The notes under the pieces: model-generated
Told to the model about the DNA's origin: nothing
The model's database searches: none
What the model saw: only the letters and a program-made list of their open reading frames with translations
Position numbers and translations under genes: made by a program
Assembly (NCBI GenBank): GCA_964035545.1
Contig: OZ037765.1
Span: forward strand, 8,132,698 to 8,196,697
Length of the DNA: 64,000 nucleotides
From: Bugula neritina
Lineage: Eukaryota > Animalia > Bryozoa
Direction of reading: 5' to 3'
Shown here: positions 17,870-32,600 of the stretch, piece by piece
How positions within the stretch are numbered: position 1 is the stretch's first letter
How the letters are laid out: each line of letters starts with the position of its first letter

Positions 17870-20735
17870 ATGGCCACAAAATTAGTAAGTAGCTTTAATA
17901 TTCACTTACTCTTAGTGACTTACAGTTACAGTTATTGTTTATTTGATAAATTATAATAAGTTGTACTAGCTTTATTTTGTATTTTATATTAAAATCATCA
18001 TAAATTTTCTACAGCAGCAAATATCATTGCTTTAGCTATTGGTATTACTAATTTTAAATTAATGACTGTAACACCAACAGTAACTCTGCAAGTGCAACAC
18101 TTAGACTTACAGTTACACTAACAGTAACACTAACAGTAAGTGTAATGCTAACAGTAACTGTAAGTGTAACGCGAACACTAACAGTAAGACTAAGTGTAAC
18201 AGTAACACTAACTTCAGCCAAGGAGTGAAATTTAAGGGCTCAAAGTCAAACTCAAAGTGTAACTGTAGGTAGTAATAGTATTACTTCACTTGTAGAGTTG
18301 TATTATTAATACAACTGTACAAGTGAAGTAAACTTAAACTAAATTGAAATGAAAATCAAAATATAATGCTAAATCTAGTAGTTACACTTCCTGTGTCTGT
18401 TATGATGTTACTCTTTTTTAGTACTAGTGTATTAAACTACTTCAATATTTGAGTATTACTATTACTATTAGTATTACTATTGGTTTAAAATTAATGGTTT
18501 AATTGTATGATTTACTGTAACTATTGCTATTACTATTAGTATTAGTAAAACTATAAGTATTACTGTTACTATTGCAGACTGAGATTTATAGTTATTACAT
18601 TTAGTATTAGTATTACTATTAGAGTTAGATTAACTTTTAGTATTACTATTAGTGGTACGGGTACTAGTAGCACTCATACTGGTATTACACTATAACTATT
18701 ACTGTATTGCTATTAGTATTTACCGTTAACCTACTAAGTTCAGCGATTGAAATAACACTGTACTACCTCTAATTAATAGTATAATTATAATACTTTAATT
18801 TAATTATAATATATTTTATAAATGTATACTTTTTGTATTGAAACCTATAAATGAATAATATATCATTATGTTATACATATTGTTCACAGGCAATTTTAAT
18901 TTCAAAATTATTAATTTGTAATTTTTTAAGCTTTCTCCGTGTTTTTCTATTCTGTTAGTTACTGGCTTTTCTGTTATTTTGCAGACTACTGGTTTGACTG
19001 GGTTGAGACTGGCCAAGCATCCTCATGCCAGCCTTAAGCACTATTATGATCGTATATTGGCAGTCACTGCTAAAATGCCAAAAGATTCAGCCTACCGAGT
19101 TAATACAGAAGCAATTGTAAATGCTAGAAGATCCGTTGTAACGCAGGTGTGCATTATATCTTACAATAATTTTGTAGAAAATACTAGATACGAAATATTC
19201 TATATTTGAATGTACTCTAGTGTATAAGCAGTTGTGTGTGTAAACTATTTTAAAAACAGATCCGGTTACTTATCATAATGTGCATCAGGAATTGAGATAT
19301 TCTACTCTGCAATATTAAGTGCTTTTCAAAACTTTTCTCAAAAATTGATTTAAGACGGAATTTAATCTTTTTTGAACTTTAATTACTATTTTTAATAGCA
19401 GAAGCTGTGTTATTACAAGCTTTTTCTCTACTAGTACCCGGAAACCCTAATTTTATGCCATGAAGGGTTAATTTATGACTTCACACCACTCATTGATTTA
19501 TAAATAGAGGACTATTACAAATACAGCTGTAGTATATTGACAAGATGATTAGTAGAAACTAAGCAGGTCTTGGTAAACCTTATTGGTCATCTTTCACCTC
19601 CGAAGGTCTAAAAGTATATGATATACATAGTATGGTGTCTGACTATATGACAATTATCGATCTAGTTAACAGCTAGTGATACCACAGAGCAATAATTATA
19701 TTATTTAATGCTCTAACTTACCTTCTCTTAGAATAAGCTTTTATATTTTATTATGTGTGCGCTATGTGTGTAAGTCTTCTCTTGAGCAAAGCAAAGTAGA
19801 TCGTAGCTTGTCTGTATGCACATTTATATACATTTCAACAGCTATAACAAGCCTGTTTAGCTAGACCACATTTAGAAATAGCTGTGCTGTGTCAGGGATT
19901 TGTTGTGAAATTATTTACTAATTGTAACCTTTTAAGCATCTATATGGCTAGCAATTTATTTTCATTGCTTGTATATTGCAAACCAACCTAAAGGTAGCTT
20001 TCAGGTTTGGTGATCTAGAGCTACTTTTAGTAAACTTCTTTTTTTAGCTTTTCTTTTCCTAAGTTGGTCTGCTGCAAATGATGTAGGAGAGCAAGCTGTT
20101 CTCTTTATTCATATGAAGAGTGTATTTTCATATGCAAAACTAATGAACTTAGTAGCAACATGAAAAGTTATCATGCATTCAAATAAATTTATTATACCCT
20201 AAAGATTTTCCCTGGATTTTAATCACATAGCTGAATAGTACAGCAAAGCATGCCTCGTTGGAGTTAGATTTATGAGGCACTGTGTAGTTTTTCTCTTCTA
20301 ATTCTGCAGTATATGTTTTAGGAGGCGGACCTGAATTCATTGGAAAGTAAGATTGGTGGAGGACAAGTGGAGGAGTTGATATTGCAGGTTGAAAGTTATA
20401 TATTATTATTGCATTTGTATTAGATTGGAAGTTATTAAAAGAAATGACTTAATTATATAATTATCAATTATAAATGTATAAATTGGTTAATAGAAGATCA
20501 TTTTTAATGAGTAATGTGGGGGTCTAGTTGATGAACATGTGCATACTAAAGCAGTTTTTAATATTATTTTACTTGTATCACTATAACCTAATATTTTTAG
20601 ACTCAGTTTTTCAACATGATTTATTTGTTATAGGCTAGCAGAGAATTATCATTAGGTAGGAAAATGTTGGAGTGGAAACCTTGGGAGCCTCTGGTTGAAG
20701 ATGCACCTAGAGATCAGTGGAAATGGCCTATGTAG
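17870..20735 (+). CDS. NDUFA5: NADH dehydrogenase (ubiquinone) 1 alpha subcomplex subunit 5, 114 aa
   Basis: Exons 17870-17884 (MATKL|gtaagt), 18985-19146, 20322-20387, 20634-20735. Motifs [51 protein letters not shown]. Confidence 0.96.
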
Positions 20736-21198
20736 AAATTGAACTGAGTAATTGTTTTTCATCATTTTAGTGTTGTATAGTTGTCATGTTCTGGTTGTTA
20801 GATGTAGACTATACTATACAAAGATTGTAATTTATTACGTGCTGCTTTATTTTATAGTTTAACAGAAACATAAAAAATCATTTCAAATAAAGTGTTGGAC
20901 TTGGTTACATTATATGTACTAACTACTTATCCATTTAAATTGCATATACTCTGTGTGAACATAGTAGCATGCTCTTTGTAAATGCCAACTGTAACTGATC
21001 ATCACTTATAAAATCAATATGAAAAGCAGACAATTAATACACAAGAAAAAAGACCAATTCACCTGCTTTAAATTATTAGTATAAGCTGTTTTTTGTGTGT
21101 GGAAATTTAAATATTAATATGAACTACTCTAATAAGCTCATAATATGTACAGATAGCACTTCGTTCTATACACTGTATACTTTGGGCTATATTTTTGT

Positions 21199-24100
21199 TT
21201 ACCTACATGAATATATTTCATGTATAAATACTTGAATTGCTATAATCAACATTGTTGATATGTATAAAGAGGCTGATCCGTTGCAAGTTTGAACCTCCTA
21301 CAACAAATTAAGAGGATAATTTACCACATAAAATATTGTTGCAATATACTTAGCTCCAATCTAATATATGTTAGATATATAAAGCCTAGACTACAACATT
21401 ATATGTATTGCTATTGGATAACATACATTATTTTAGTGAAGATGCATAAATTGTGTACTTTTTATAATTTCATTGCATTTTACACACAGGTAAATTTAAT
21501 TTATGCTCAGTTTAGCTAATTCCAATCAAGTGCTGGTCTTACTAGTGTTTAGACAAAATTCAATAAGAAAATCATATGCCGTCAACACTTATATTAAGTA
21601 CAAACCTCAATTGGCTGTTTTTTAGTCTTGTACTTGGGTAGCTTTATGGAACCTGTACTGCCGTGGGGTGCAGGTGGCTTTCTGTAGACTCCCATAAAAT
21701 CGGAAGAGCAACCGTTGACTGACTCATTCTCTCCCATGCAGTTATGTACACAGCAGTCAAGGAAAACACCAAAGGCTATGGATGTGTGTCAGTTTTTATG
21801 ACAAAAGTTAACAGGCAAACTCCAAATGGATTTTTAACAATAGTAACGCACACCACGTACACCCACCATGCACACCCACCACCACACACCACAAATACAC
21901 ACCACGCACACGCACCACGCACACACAGCAACAAGTTGTTGAGCAATAATCAGTAGGTAAAGGATATTTTGACTAAGAATTTCACAAGAACACTCTCCCT
22001 CAAGCACCATGAGATACAGATTTGTGTTGGGTACTCGGTTTGCTACATATGACCTGTTGCAAAGTAAACACAATATGTGGCATTAGCATATTTAAGAAAG
22101 CAACTGCATTTTCATGATTGAAATTAATTTAAGGCTATATTAAAACAAATATTTCTGAAAATAGGTTAGCAATATTTAGTGTGAAACTAAATGGCATGCA
22201 TGTTGATGTTGTTTTGAATAAAAGCAATAACTTAGTTTGTTTACGTTGTTGAAAATATGACTATTCACATGAAATAATTTTAGAATTCCCATTTTCAAAA
22301 CTTATGCTTGTTTAACATTTAAAATGACGTAAACAATCGCAATTTGGTTTATTGCCTTTGCCTATGTTTACAAGTTTTACATAGACAGTTATAAGAGCTA
22401 ACTTGAGGACATAACACAATAAATAATATATAGGAATAAAGTTAGCATTAATAGAAAAGATATCATTTTGGTGCCACACACTTGGAAATTAAATAAGTTT
22501 AGTGATTTTTACAAAAAATAAAGAAGGATCACAACAATTGACTGTAAGCATATTTGCAAAAATATTAATGTCCATTTGCTCTCAAGTATAGCAGTTGGAG
22601 AAATGCTTAACGCACACAAACTACAGAAAAATAGTGAAAGCTTCAAATATATTATATTGATCACTCTGTACTGATAAGTAGGTGAATAACGTAGAAATAG
22701 TGAAGGCAGAGGTGTCTTGGTTTGGTACTTATCTTTTGTAGTCTCACAAATTTCTGTGAGATTTTTTTCATCTTCAACACTAAAGTAATACCAGCGTATG
22801 TCATTAAAGCAATTAAGAGGTGGCATATTACTATGGATATGCCCAAAAAAGTTACTAAAGTTCCAAAAACTGCATGCATGTAAAATTTTCGCACATTTAC
22901 AAGTGATAGCATTGATTCTTACTGTTCTTTATGAAGTCATAAATAAAAAGAACTGTCGAATTCATACATTACAGTGCAACAAAAGACTAACAGTGTGTAG
23001 CTATAGTAAAATGAACATAAAAAACTAAAATTTAACATCTGTAAACAATAAGGTTCTATTCTCTAACACTTTGAAAGTATTAAACTTATACACCATATTT
23101 GGTCACAATCAATCAAAACTAAAAATGTTCACACAAAAGAATAAAAACAAATTATTTGGTGAACCTATAAAAATGCTAGGTTTGATAATAAAGACTCAAA
23201 AAGGAGTAAATTTCGAATTAGCAATTTGAATCAAAGACAAGTACACTTAATGTTTCTTCAGAATAAGCATTTATTTATACCAGTAGATGCAATAATTGAT
23301 TAGTTTAACTTACCTACCACAGCTAAATTTCAAAACTATTTTAAGGCGAATTTTACAAGCATTACCTTTTACTATAGCTGCAGTCAGAACAGTTGCTGAC
23401 ATGGTTATTTGTTATATTTCTTGATCCAAGACTGATAAAGCTTTTAATCGACTGTTGACAAGGCGATAGTGTAAGAAATTTTTGTGATAGCACTTGCTGG
23501 TAAAGCAAAGTATCATTTGGGTATAAGCCTGCATATGTCAGATCACTAACTGATGATGTCACCAGGCCTAAAGTATGTACGTATGCAGCTTTCAGTGTAA
23601 TATACAACTTATAAATGTGTATTAGTAGTCTTCACAAAATATCAGCTTGTTACCATTGATTTAACTTTATCTTTACTTTCATACAATCAGTGTTTTTAAT
23701 TATAAAATAATAAACAATTTCAAAAGAAAATTTTTTGACTGGTTCAAGCTGATATCGGAAGCCAAAGAGATGTGGAAGGTGTTAGGAAATGATAGCATAG
23801 ATAAGTGAACAAGAAAGAAATAAAATGTGAGCAATCATTTGCTAGGGAACGAATAGGACAGTGGAAAATCACCATGTCTAATGGCTTACACAAAAATATC
23901 TTGGAATTCTGACGAGGTATTAACATCAATTCCTAAACTTTGCATAGCAGAATTTGTGTGGAGTTGACATGTCAGGCACTTTGACAGAAGATGGTTATAC
24001 GAGGAGTTTACTATTGGTGCCGCAGGCATATATAGAAGCATATGTTTTTCTGTGAGTACAAATTCTGAAGATTGGGTAGTATTGAACCCCAGGGAGGAAG

Positions 24101-27100
24101 CATCTGTCGCTGTGTGTACACACAAATATACTTGGGTTATGTTTTACTTCACTGTACAACAATAACGGATTTCCTAATAAACCATTTATGTCATAAAAAG
24201 GTCATTGCAATGAGACTTTTAGTATTGATACAATTGTAAAGTAAGAGCAATGATTTTTCTACTCAACTGATAAATATTTTTAATATTTATGTAATCATTA
24301 GCCAGCAAGTACTTCAAAACTTTTCATCTTGGTCTGCAAACTTGTTGAGTAATTCAAAATAACTTTCAACATTTTAGAATGACAGATACAAAATTATTAT
24401 TTTATGAGATCAGCCAATTAGTTATTATATTTACTAACCTGTTGCATAGTAGATATAATGCCATAGATTCACTAGGCTAAATTGTGTTAATGATCTACAG
24501 AAAATACGAGTAACACACATAACAAAATTAATAGTTTTACAATTTAACAGCTAGCGTTTAGTAATAAGTCATGGATGGCTATACAAGTTAAAACGAATAT
24601 TATAAAATATGAATAAGAAATGTACAGGTAACTTTTATTTGCCTAAAAAATCAGTTTAATTTAAAATATTCTGTAGCAAAGTTGGCTGTACTTACAAAGT
24701 GATTTGAGTTATATGCCACATTAATAGCTTGACCATGTAGATAAAAGGCTGCAAAAACAAAATATGAAACATAATTTACATGTAACTAGTAGCATAACAT
24801 GGACAGCTGCTTAAGGTATACTGTATAATTGGAATGCAGAATGCCATTATTTATTTATAACAAACGATCAAGTTGAAAAATTCAGTTAAGTATTTGTAGC
24901 ATATAAACTGCGTATCTACATTTTACATAATTATACTATGTTGAGACTTACATTGAGTATACTAGACGCTGAGCTATTCTCACTAGACATATCACAAGCA
25001 ATGCACACTGCTTGATAGTCTGTGATAGGAACCCTGCAAAACAAAAAAATATCAAATCGCTTCATAGCACTGAGACAGACCTCCTAATACAATCAACAAC
25101 GTCATAATATGTAAAAAGGTGGAGGTTATTGAAAATTCCTGTTGCATACTATATATACTGCACTGCATGCTACAGATGTTACCAAATGACTAGGTGACAT
25201 TAAATGTTATGGCAGGTTTGTGGAAGAACTGGGCTTTTTTGGTTTTAAACTTAGTTCTTAATGTTTAGTTTGTGCTATTTTTGCAAGTTTTCAGTTATTC
25301 AACTCAAACACTAATTACTCAGCAAAAAAAATAAACTTGATATGGTACAAAACAGCATTTGTGTTTAATACCATATACAAGTATGACTTCAATTTAAAAT
25401 AATCGCTAAAAACAATAAATGCTTTGCAAAGAGCTTACTCTTTGAACATTCCCTTCTTCCTCATATCAAGAAGAACTTGATAATCTATATAGCCAAAGAA
25501 TTTCCCCACCAATAAAGGATCGTCCGCAACTACCACAAATCCATTCTCATCCAACAAATAACAATCAACACTCTGCAAAAGAAACAATCTTGGTATATAT
25601 GTAGGTTTAACACTGGGTTAACCCTGTTAGCTTGGCAATCTGCCAAAAGTTATGAGTGCGATCAAATTCCTTTAAAGTTATTTTGTTGCTCTTCAAATTA
25701 CTATTAGTATATAATATGTTTAAAAGTATTAAATTAATCTGCTATAACTTGGATGGTGAACTGCAAAATGGCTGTTTTTTTATATAAATTATTCGGTATT
25801 CAATGTTTACTTACGTCGTTATGACAGTATATGGATGAGCAATCTAGTGAAGCACTGCAAAATGATGTTGTTGCATTTAGCATTCTAAATAAACTGTCAT
25901 ATTTCATATGCAATGTAAATACTGATGCAAGTATATCTTTCTTGGAGCTTCTATGGTGATCTTGTATATGTATTCCTCTACTAGCGGCTATGGAAATGTA
26001 GCTGGTGTTCAATGTATCTTCTACAATGTAGAATAGAAAACATAAAACATAAATACTTACATATGTATCATTTTTAGAACACCAAAATGTAAAAATTTAC
26101 AAACACTATTGGATGAGGTTTGTTGAAAGATGTCACTGTAAGAATTGGTTTGCAATTACATTTGATAAAAAAGAAAATAAGCATTATCATGTTGAATTAT
26201 TTGTATAACACTATATATAAGTAACTACCGAAAGCAAATCATTATATATTTAATTTTCAAAGTATGTCACTTCTCCAAGCTTCTCATTCTATTTTGGTAA
26301 CAAAAGTGGTATAACTACTTAAAGCTTTTATTCTAATGTTATCATATGTTATTAAGATACTATGTTATTGTCAATTAAATAATATACTATACAAATAATG
26401 CAGTATATAATATCATCACTAACCGAAGTCTGGGTGTATAGTGGAAGAAAAAGCCCAAACATTTTTTCGGTTGACAGCAGCTTTTTTGTAGTACTCCGTA
26501 TCAATGCTGGGAGTAAATAAATCTATTAGCTTTTGTAACGACAGACAGCTCTCGTCATTCGACTGATCCAACTCTGCTTGACCATTAAAGTCTTGAAATC
26601 TAAAATTTAGCCAACATTAACTCATCTACTATCTAACAGAGCTTGGTAAACTTCACTACTTGCTACTGGTGCTTAAAATTCCTGTGACTCAATCATCTTG
26701 TTAAAAGTATTTAAAGTTTTTAACGCTTATAGGCAAGTCGAAATTTCAAATATTTCAACTTATCTTTCTCAAGTTGATTACAAGCATTAAAATTTATATA
26801 ATTTTGTATGTGAATTTCTAATCAATTTTGAACAACTTGCTATATAAAGTTTTGCTAAAACAATATATGAACTGAGTCAAACAACTTTAAATTTATAACT
26901 TCACCATTGTTAGTTGAATTTATTTTGAGAGGTATGCATGTAATCGCATGCTAGTGTACAAAGTATATAGGTGTATATTAAATTTCAATTTGATAAAGTA
27001 CCAAGTGACTTGAAGTAGGTGCAGAATTGCAATTTTTTTCAAATAGTATATGTTCTATCACAACTTTGTAGCATAACAAGTTGTCTGAAAAATTGCAAAG

Positions 27101-29650
27101 TTACATTTTAGACCCAAATTCGAACTCTAAATGCAAATTCAGCAAAAATCTGCACACCTGTATGTAACAAAACTTGTAGTTTTCAAACCTGGTATGGTCA
27201 ACCCACACCACAAACCAACAAAATAAAAATTCAATACAAAAAATGTGTGACACCTATTCAACTATACTGGTAGTGGCTTCAACTAGCTCTAATATTTTAA
27301 TACTAGGTTTATAGTTAATGTACATAGATTAACGGTAGCAGCATAAATACCATTGATTCGTAAGATAATGATGATACAATGGTATATAGCACAATGTGTA
27401 ACAGCTTATAACTGATCTGCTATTTTTACAGAAGAATAATATTGAAAATAAGAAATTTTCTTGGAGTTTTAGTATACATCATATTTTAGTTTCGTATGTC
27501 TTAACAAATGTAATTATTTAGTTTACCTTGTAACTCCAGCCCTCGTACCAACCATAGCCATATTAAAATCCAAATTTTTCTGAGAATTGGCTATCAGTCT
27601 ACGAATACGACAAGTCTGATTATTTGGTGAACATGAGCTAAAATTTAATAAGAAAATCAATGCACCCTAAAATTATAACATTCAGTGGGGAAAGGATAAT
27701 AATGGGGAGATAATTTCTACTTTTACAAGGACAACACCCTAGAAAAAAATACTGTATAACACAACCACTAGATCAAAGCAACTAAAATATATAGCTTCTC
27801 AAGTAATATATTACAACAGACACTATTATATCCTATGTCAATCAATCTGTGAGTTGGGGAAGACATGCTCTCTAGTGCATTGTCTAATATTATGTAATCA
27901 AATTTTTGACAAAACTTTTTTACCTTTGATTATCTGTTTGTTTTTTCCTAAAACAGTACCGTTATACATAATTGCACTCCTATAAATTGCAGGTTTGAAT
28001 TTAATGCGTTTTTATTTAGATATAGTTCACAGATAGAGAATAATGTCTATAACATTACAGAATGTTATACAATACCTGTGATATAACTTATTAGATTTTA
28101 CATAGTATGCACAGTATTTTCAACTATAAACATATATATTTCAACTATAAACATGGTCTATCAAAGCTGTAAATATATTTGTATGCAAAAATATTATTAA
28201 TTTAAATAATTTGCCTTTTAAAACTCCAAAATACTTTTGGTTAAAAAATTTGTAAAATAAAAACATTTATTTAGTATACAGAATACAGCCAAGTGTCTAA
28301 GATTATACTCACATTTCTTTATTGTAGTCATTCCATATTGCATGAACGCCCCGTGTTATATTAACGTCAAAAGCTACACTTGCAGCCAAGTTTTTATTGC
28401 ATAAAGGGTCACTGGATTTGAGCACATTGTTGATTACATCAACAAATTTGAAGAAAGGAGTTGTCTTTCTCTGATTATTACAGTAATCCCTAAGAGCATA
28501 ACACTTGGCATTAAAAGAGTTTTAAAAAGTTGAGCAAACATTTGTAAAAAAACAAAATGGTCATTCTATCGCCACCCATCTCCACTCTGTCATGATCGGG
28601 TAGCAAAAAACAATACGGTTATGATCATGGCATAATGCTATTTTAAAGATTGCATAATTACAATACCATGTAATAACTTTTATACACCTGTATGTCATAT
28701 TAGCATTATATACAATGAAAAATATTTATAATAAGTTAATATTTCTTACCAATCAGCTATGACCATGGAGCACCACAAGAATGATTGTGGGTCTAGACTT
28801 TGAGTTTGATAGATATAGTGATTGTTAGTGTGTTCAGCTATCACAAGTGCAATACTACAAATACCATGTACACATTATATATATACATTATATATACATT
28901 ATATATATACACTATATACATACATCATATATATACATTATATATATACATTACATACCTAGACAAATTTTTGTATGTAAAATGCTGATAGTACAATTTT
29001 TTCATCTCATTTAAGAATGTGGTGGTATAACTTACAAAGTAGCAGTTTTCAAAGTTTAGGGTCAATTTAAAAATAGGATATCAACACATTTACAACATGA
29101 CTACATGCAGTAAAACTGGCATACATATTTGAAGATGAATGCATACCTGTATGGTGTGTTGAGTATAGGAGCATAGTAGTAGTTCTGAGTCTGAATATAT
29201 ACCCTGTGCAGCTGTTGACCATAGAACTTCTTAACTGTAGCCTGCACGTGCCCAGTCTCGCCATTTATCATTGCTCTTCTTAACTGAAGGCAATAATTAA
29301 ATGTTGTAACTAAGGTGAGGATGTTTGCAGACCAGATGTGAAACAGTCACATTTATTTATTGACATACCTTCAAAACAATTCATTTTACCATCGTTGCAA
29401 AATCCTTTATTTCTGACTTCAAAAACCAATAAAATTATGTACAGGTAAATTATTACATACCTGGGGCAGTTGCTCATCTGATGAATTGTATTCCTGCTCT
29501 AGAAACAAAATATCTACATTTTTGTAGTCGTTCATCGGCGTACTTCCTCCAAAGCTTGAAAAATCCTAACAAAGAAATAATAAGTTCAATAAACTACAGC
29601 GTATCATATTTATTATTGTTACTACATCTGCAATGTGTACATATGTAGCG

Positions 29651-29683
<33 letters not shown>

Positions 29684-32600
29684 TATATATAGTGTATATA
29701 TATAGTGTATATATATAGTGTATATATGATATAGTGTGGGAGCAGCTGTGTTCTAGTGTTGTGGTGCGCTAACTTAGCAAACGCGAGGTCAGTAGTTCGA
29801 ACTCCCAAAAAAGGCTATTGGTAATGTTAGAAATGGCATTCAGTCATAATTATTCCTTTGCCACAAAAGTTAAAAGTTCTTGGCTTGCTCAAATATCCCT
29901 TTCCATCAGGAGTTCTCACAAAGATGGCGACTATAAACCCACGCGAGTTAATAAGACATATTAGTATTATAATATATTAAGATGCACAGTGTTTGGATTA
30001 TACATGAAAAAATGAAGGATAATTGAATATAGGCATTAGGGTATTAGTTTTTACAAAAGAGTACAAAATCACAACAATAATTGAAGAAAATCAAACACAA
30101 TATTCATATGCAGGGTGAGCCGAATACATACGAACCTCTTTTACCATATTACAAATTGGGTTACTCATGCATGAACCCATCTATTTGAAGAGAAAAAGTA
30201 TAAACAAACTATTAAAACTCATAGTACTTTATGAATACAAAATTTACAAAAAGCCAAATAAATGGTTAGAACTGTAAAATAGAGTTATTTAACATTTATA
30301 CAAGTTAGATTGAAAATTAAAAATAATCAAATGAAAATCATGCTCATGCTTTTTGTTGATCGAAAATTATAATTAAAGTTTCAGAAGCTATTTGTGAAGA
30401 CATATGTGACGAGAGCTAACATAATATATTTCAGTAAATTAACTGTGGCCCGTTCAAACAATTAGTGTAGCAGCTGTGAAAGATTAAAACTACAATTTAA
30501 AAACTACTACAGAATATTACAAATGTCACTCACCCAGGGCTTTAGGTCAGGGTGAGATACGACAAAGCCGTTGTTGTTAATTATAAAAGCGTAGCCAAGG
30601 GCCCCAAGCTACAAATATAAGAAACAGTGTCATAGAGGCTCCATGTCAATATTACGTCTGCTGGCAAAATAATTTGAAATGCTTGATGAAAAGTTATATA
30701 ACATTTTCATCTAATTTTTTAAAATAGTTTTTACCTTGGATCGAGGAATGAAAGCAAGAATTTCATCAAGATTGATATGGACTCCAGCAACACCAAGTAG
30801 ATTGCCGTTGTTGATCTACATAAACGGCAAGAACTTCAAATGCTATTATACTGCTAAAATAATTTTGCCACAAGAATCTTTTAAGGATGCTCAATTGCTT
30901 ACAAGATAATATATTATTTACATGTTGTGCTATTAACATTAGATAAAGATCAATTTTAACTATAACAACCAGAATTAGAGCTCAAATACATGCAAATTTA
31001 CCTCATCATCACGCTGGTCGTAAACAGGAGTGGAGACTGATATACTTAGCACAGGTTTCGTTGCCTAAAAATAGCGATAAATCCTCACAACTGTTCAACG
31101 TATATAGTAAGTCATGCTAGCTGTTGCAACAAAACAATAACAATTCCTTATACAGTAAAATATTACAAAACTAGCTTAGTTCCTGCTAACTTGAAGGAGA
31201 TGGTGGATATAAATGTCAAATTGTTCTAGTGGAGTTGCATAGTTATATATTTGTAATGCTTAAACCAGCTGAACTTTAGAATATTTTTTATATACCAAAA
31301 CAAACAACACATGTGCAATTAGTAATTGCTTCATATTTATAAATTTGACATCAGAATCTATTTATAAATGCTTCAGGAGAGAATGAGAGAGACACAAGAT
31401 ATTAGTGAGTCTAGGGAAAGTTAAGGCGTGATAGGACACAATAAAGTTTTTATGAAATCCTACTGAGCCACCTAAACAGATTTATTATTGTTTTATTATT
31501 TGCTTCCAACTGTTTTTCTAAGTTACAAAGTTGTAAGTAATAAAACTTACAATTGTTGTTTGTTAATAACCAACACATATAAATAAGATATTATATACCT
31601 TCTATATGTATATATATATATGGAAAATAATACAATTTCTCAAAAGCACCATCACTTGTAGATGGCTAAAGGTCACCACAGTTGAAACACAGTTACATTC
31701 AAACATTATAATAGTGATAATATAGTTACATCCTTGCAACCTTATAATACTAAATGAAGAATAAATGGAAATGCTAGAGATGGTAAATTAGGAGCAGATA
31801 GGTGTGAAGAAGCAAATGCATTACTAACCGTGCTAGGTAATCGTATCCATTCAGTAGTTCTGGAGTTTGTGTTGAACCCAGAGTTCTCTTCTGGTAACTT
31901 TAAGATATAAGTAATAAACACAATGAAGCTTCGTGTGGAGTTGGAAATGCAATGTCTCATTTTATACACATAGCAATACATGTTAATTCAGTTGGTCAAA
32001 TGAGTAGGCCTACAGCTTCAACTTATTCCAAGAAACCTGATCAATTTTTAACAACTCGGAAAAAAAGAAACTTTTACATGCTTGAATTGTTGGTAAGACT
32101 TCTATATTTCCAAAAATAAACCTGTGTTATAACAATACTCAATTTTAAAAAAAAAATTGCAGTCAACAGCTTGCCTAGAATGAACTAATAAAAGATTTTA
32201 TAAGTTTTCATAATAAATTCAAATGATAATTTCAATCAATGAGATGATTTAAATATGACATGTGTTACGCATTGAAGAAGAACTAGTTATAGTATTAGAC
32301 GCTGTTTACACCTGCAAAATCAACTGAAGTGCTCTAAAATTGCAACTGCCTGGCTAAGGATTTCAAAGAGAGAGATTCATGTAACATTAATGAGTATAGA
32401 TGACATTAAACTTATTTGTTGAACAGAGTTACTTACTGGTATGTTTAAATGAACGCCTGACCACGAGTTGTGAGAGATGTTATGCACAGCCAGTGGTCTA
32501 GCCATTACTCTTACATAGTCTTGAACGTAATCATGTACGTCTGCCATTGTACCAATGTGGTAGAAGTACCCTGAAGTTGTATTATAGTCATGTTATATTC

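Noticed and set aside
21594-21605. CACNA2D stop at 21594-21596 (…IEVCT*)
   Set aside because: A GAG|gt donor and downstream exon 21199-21297 supply the expected GPI-signal-like tail; the early stop applies only if the intron is retained.
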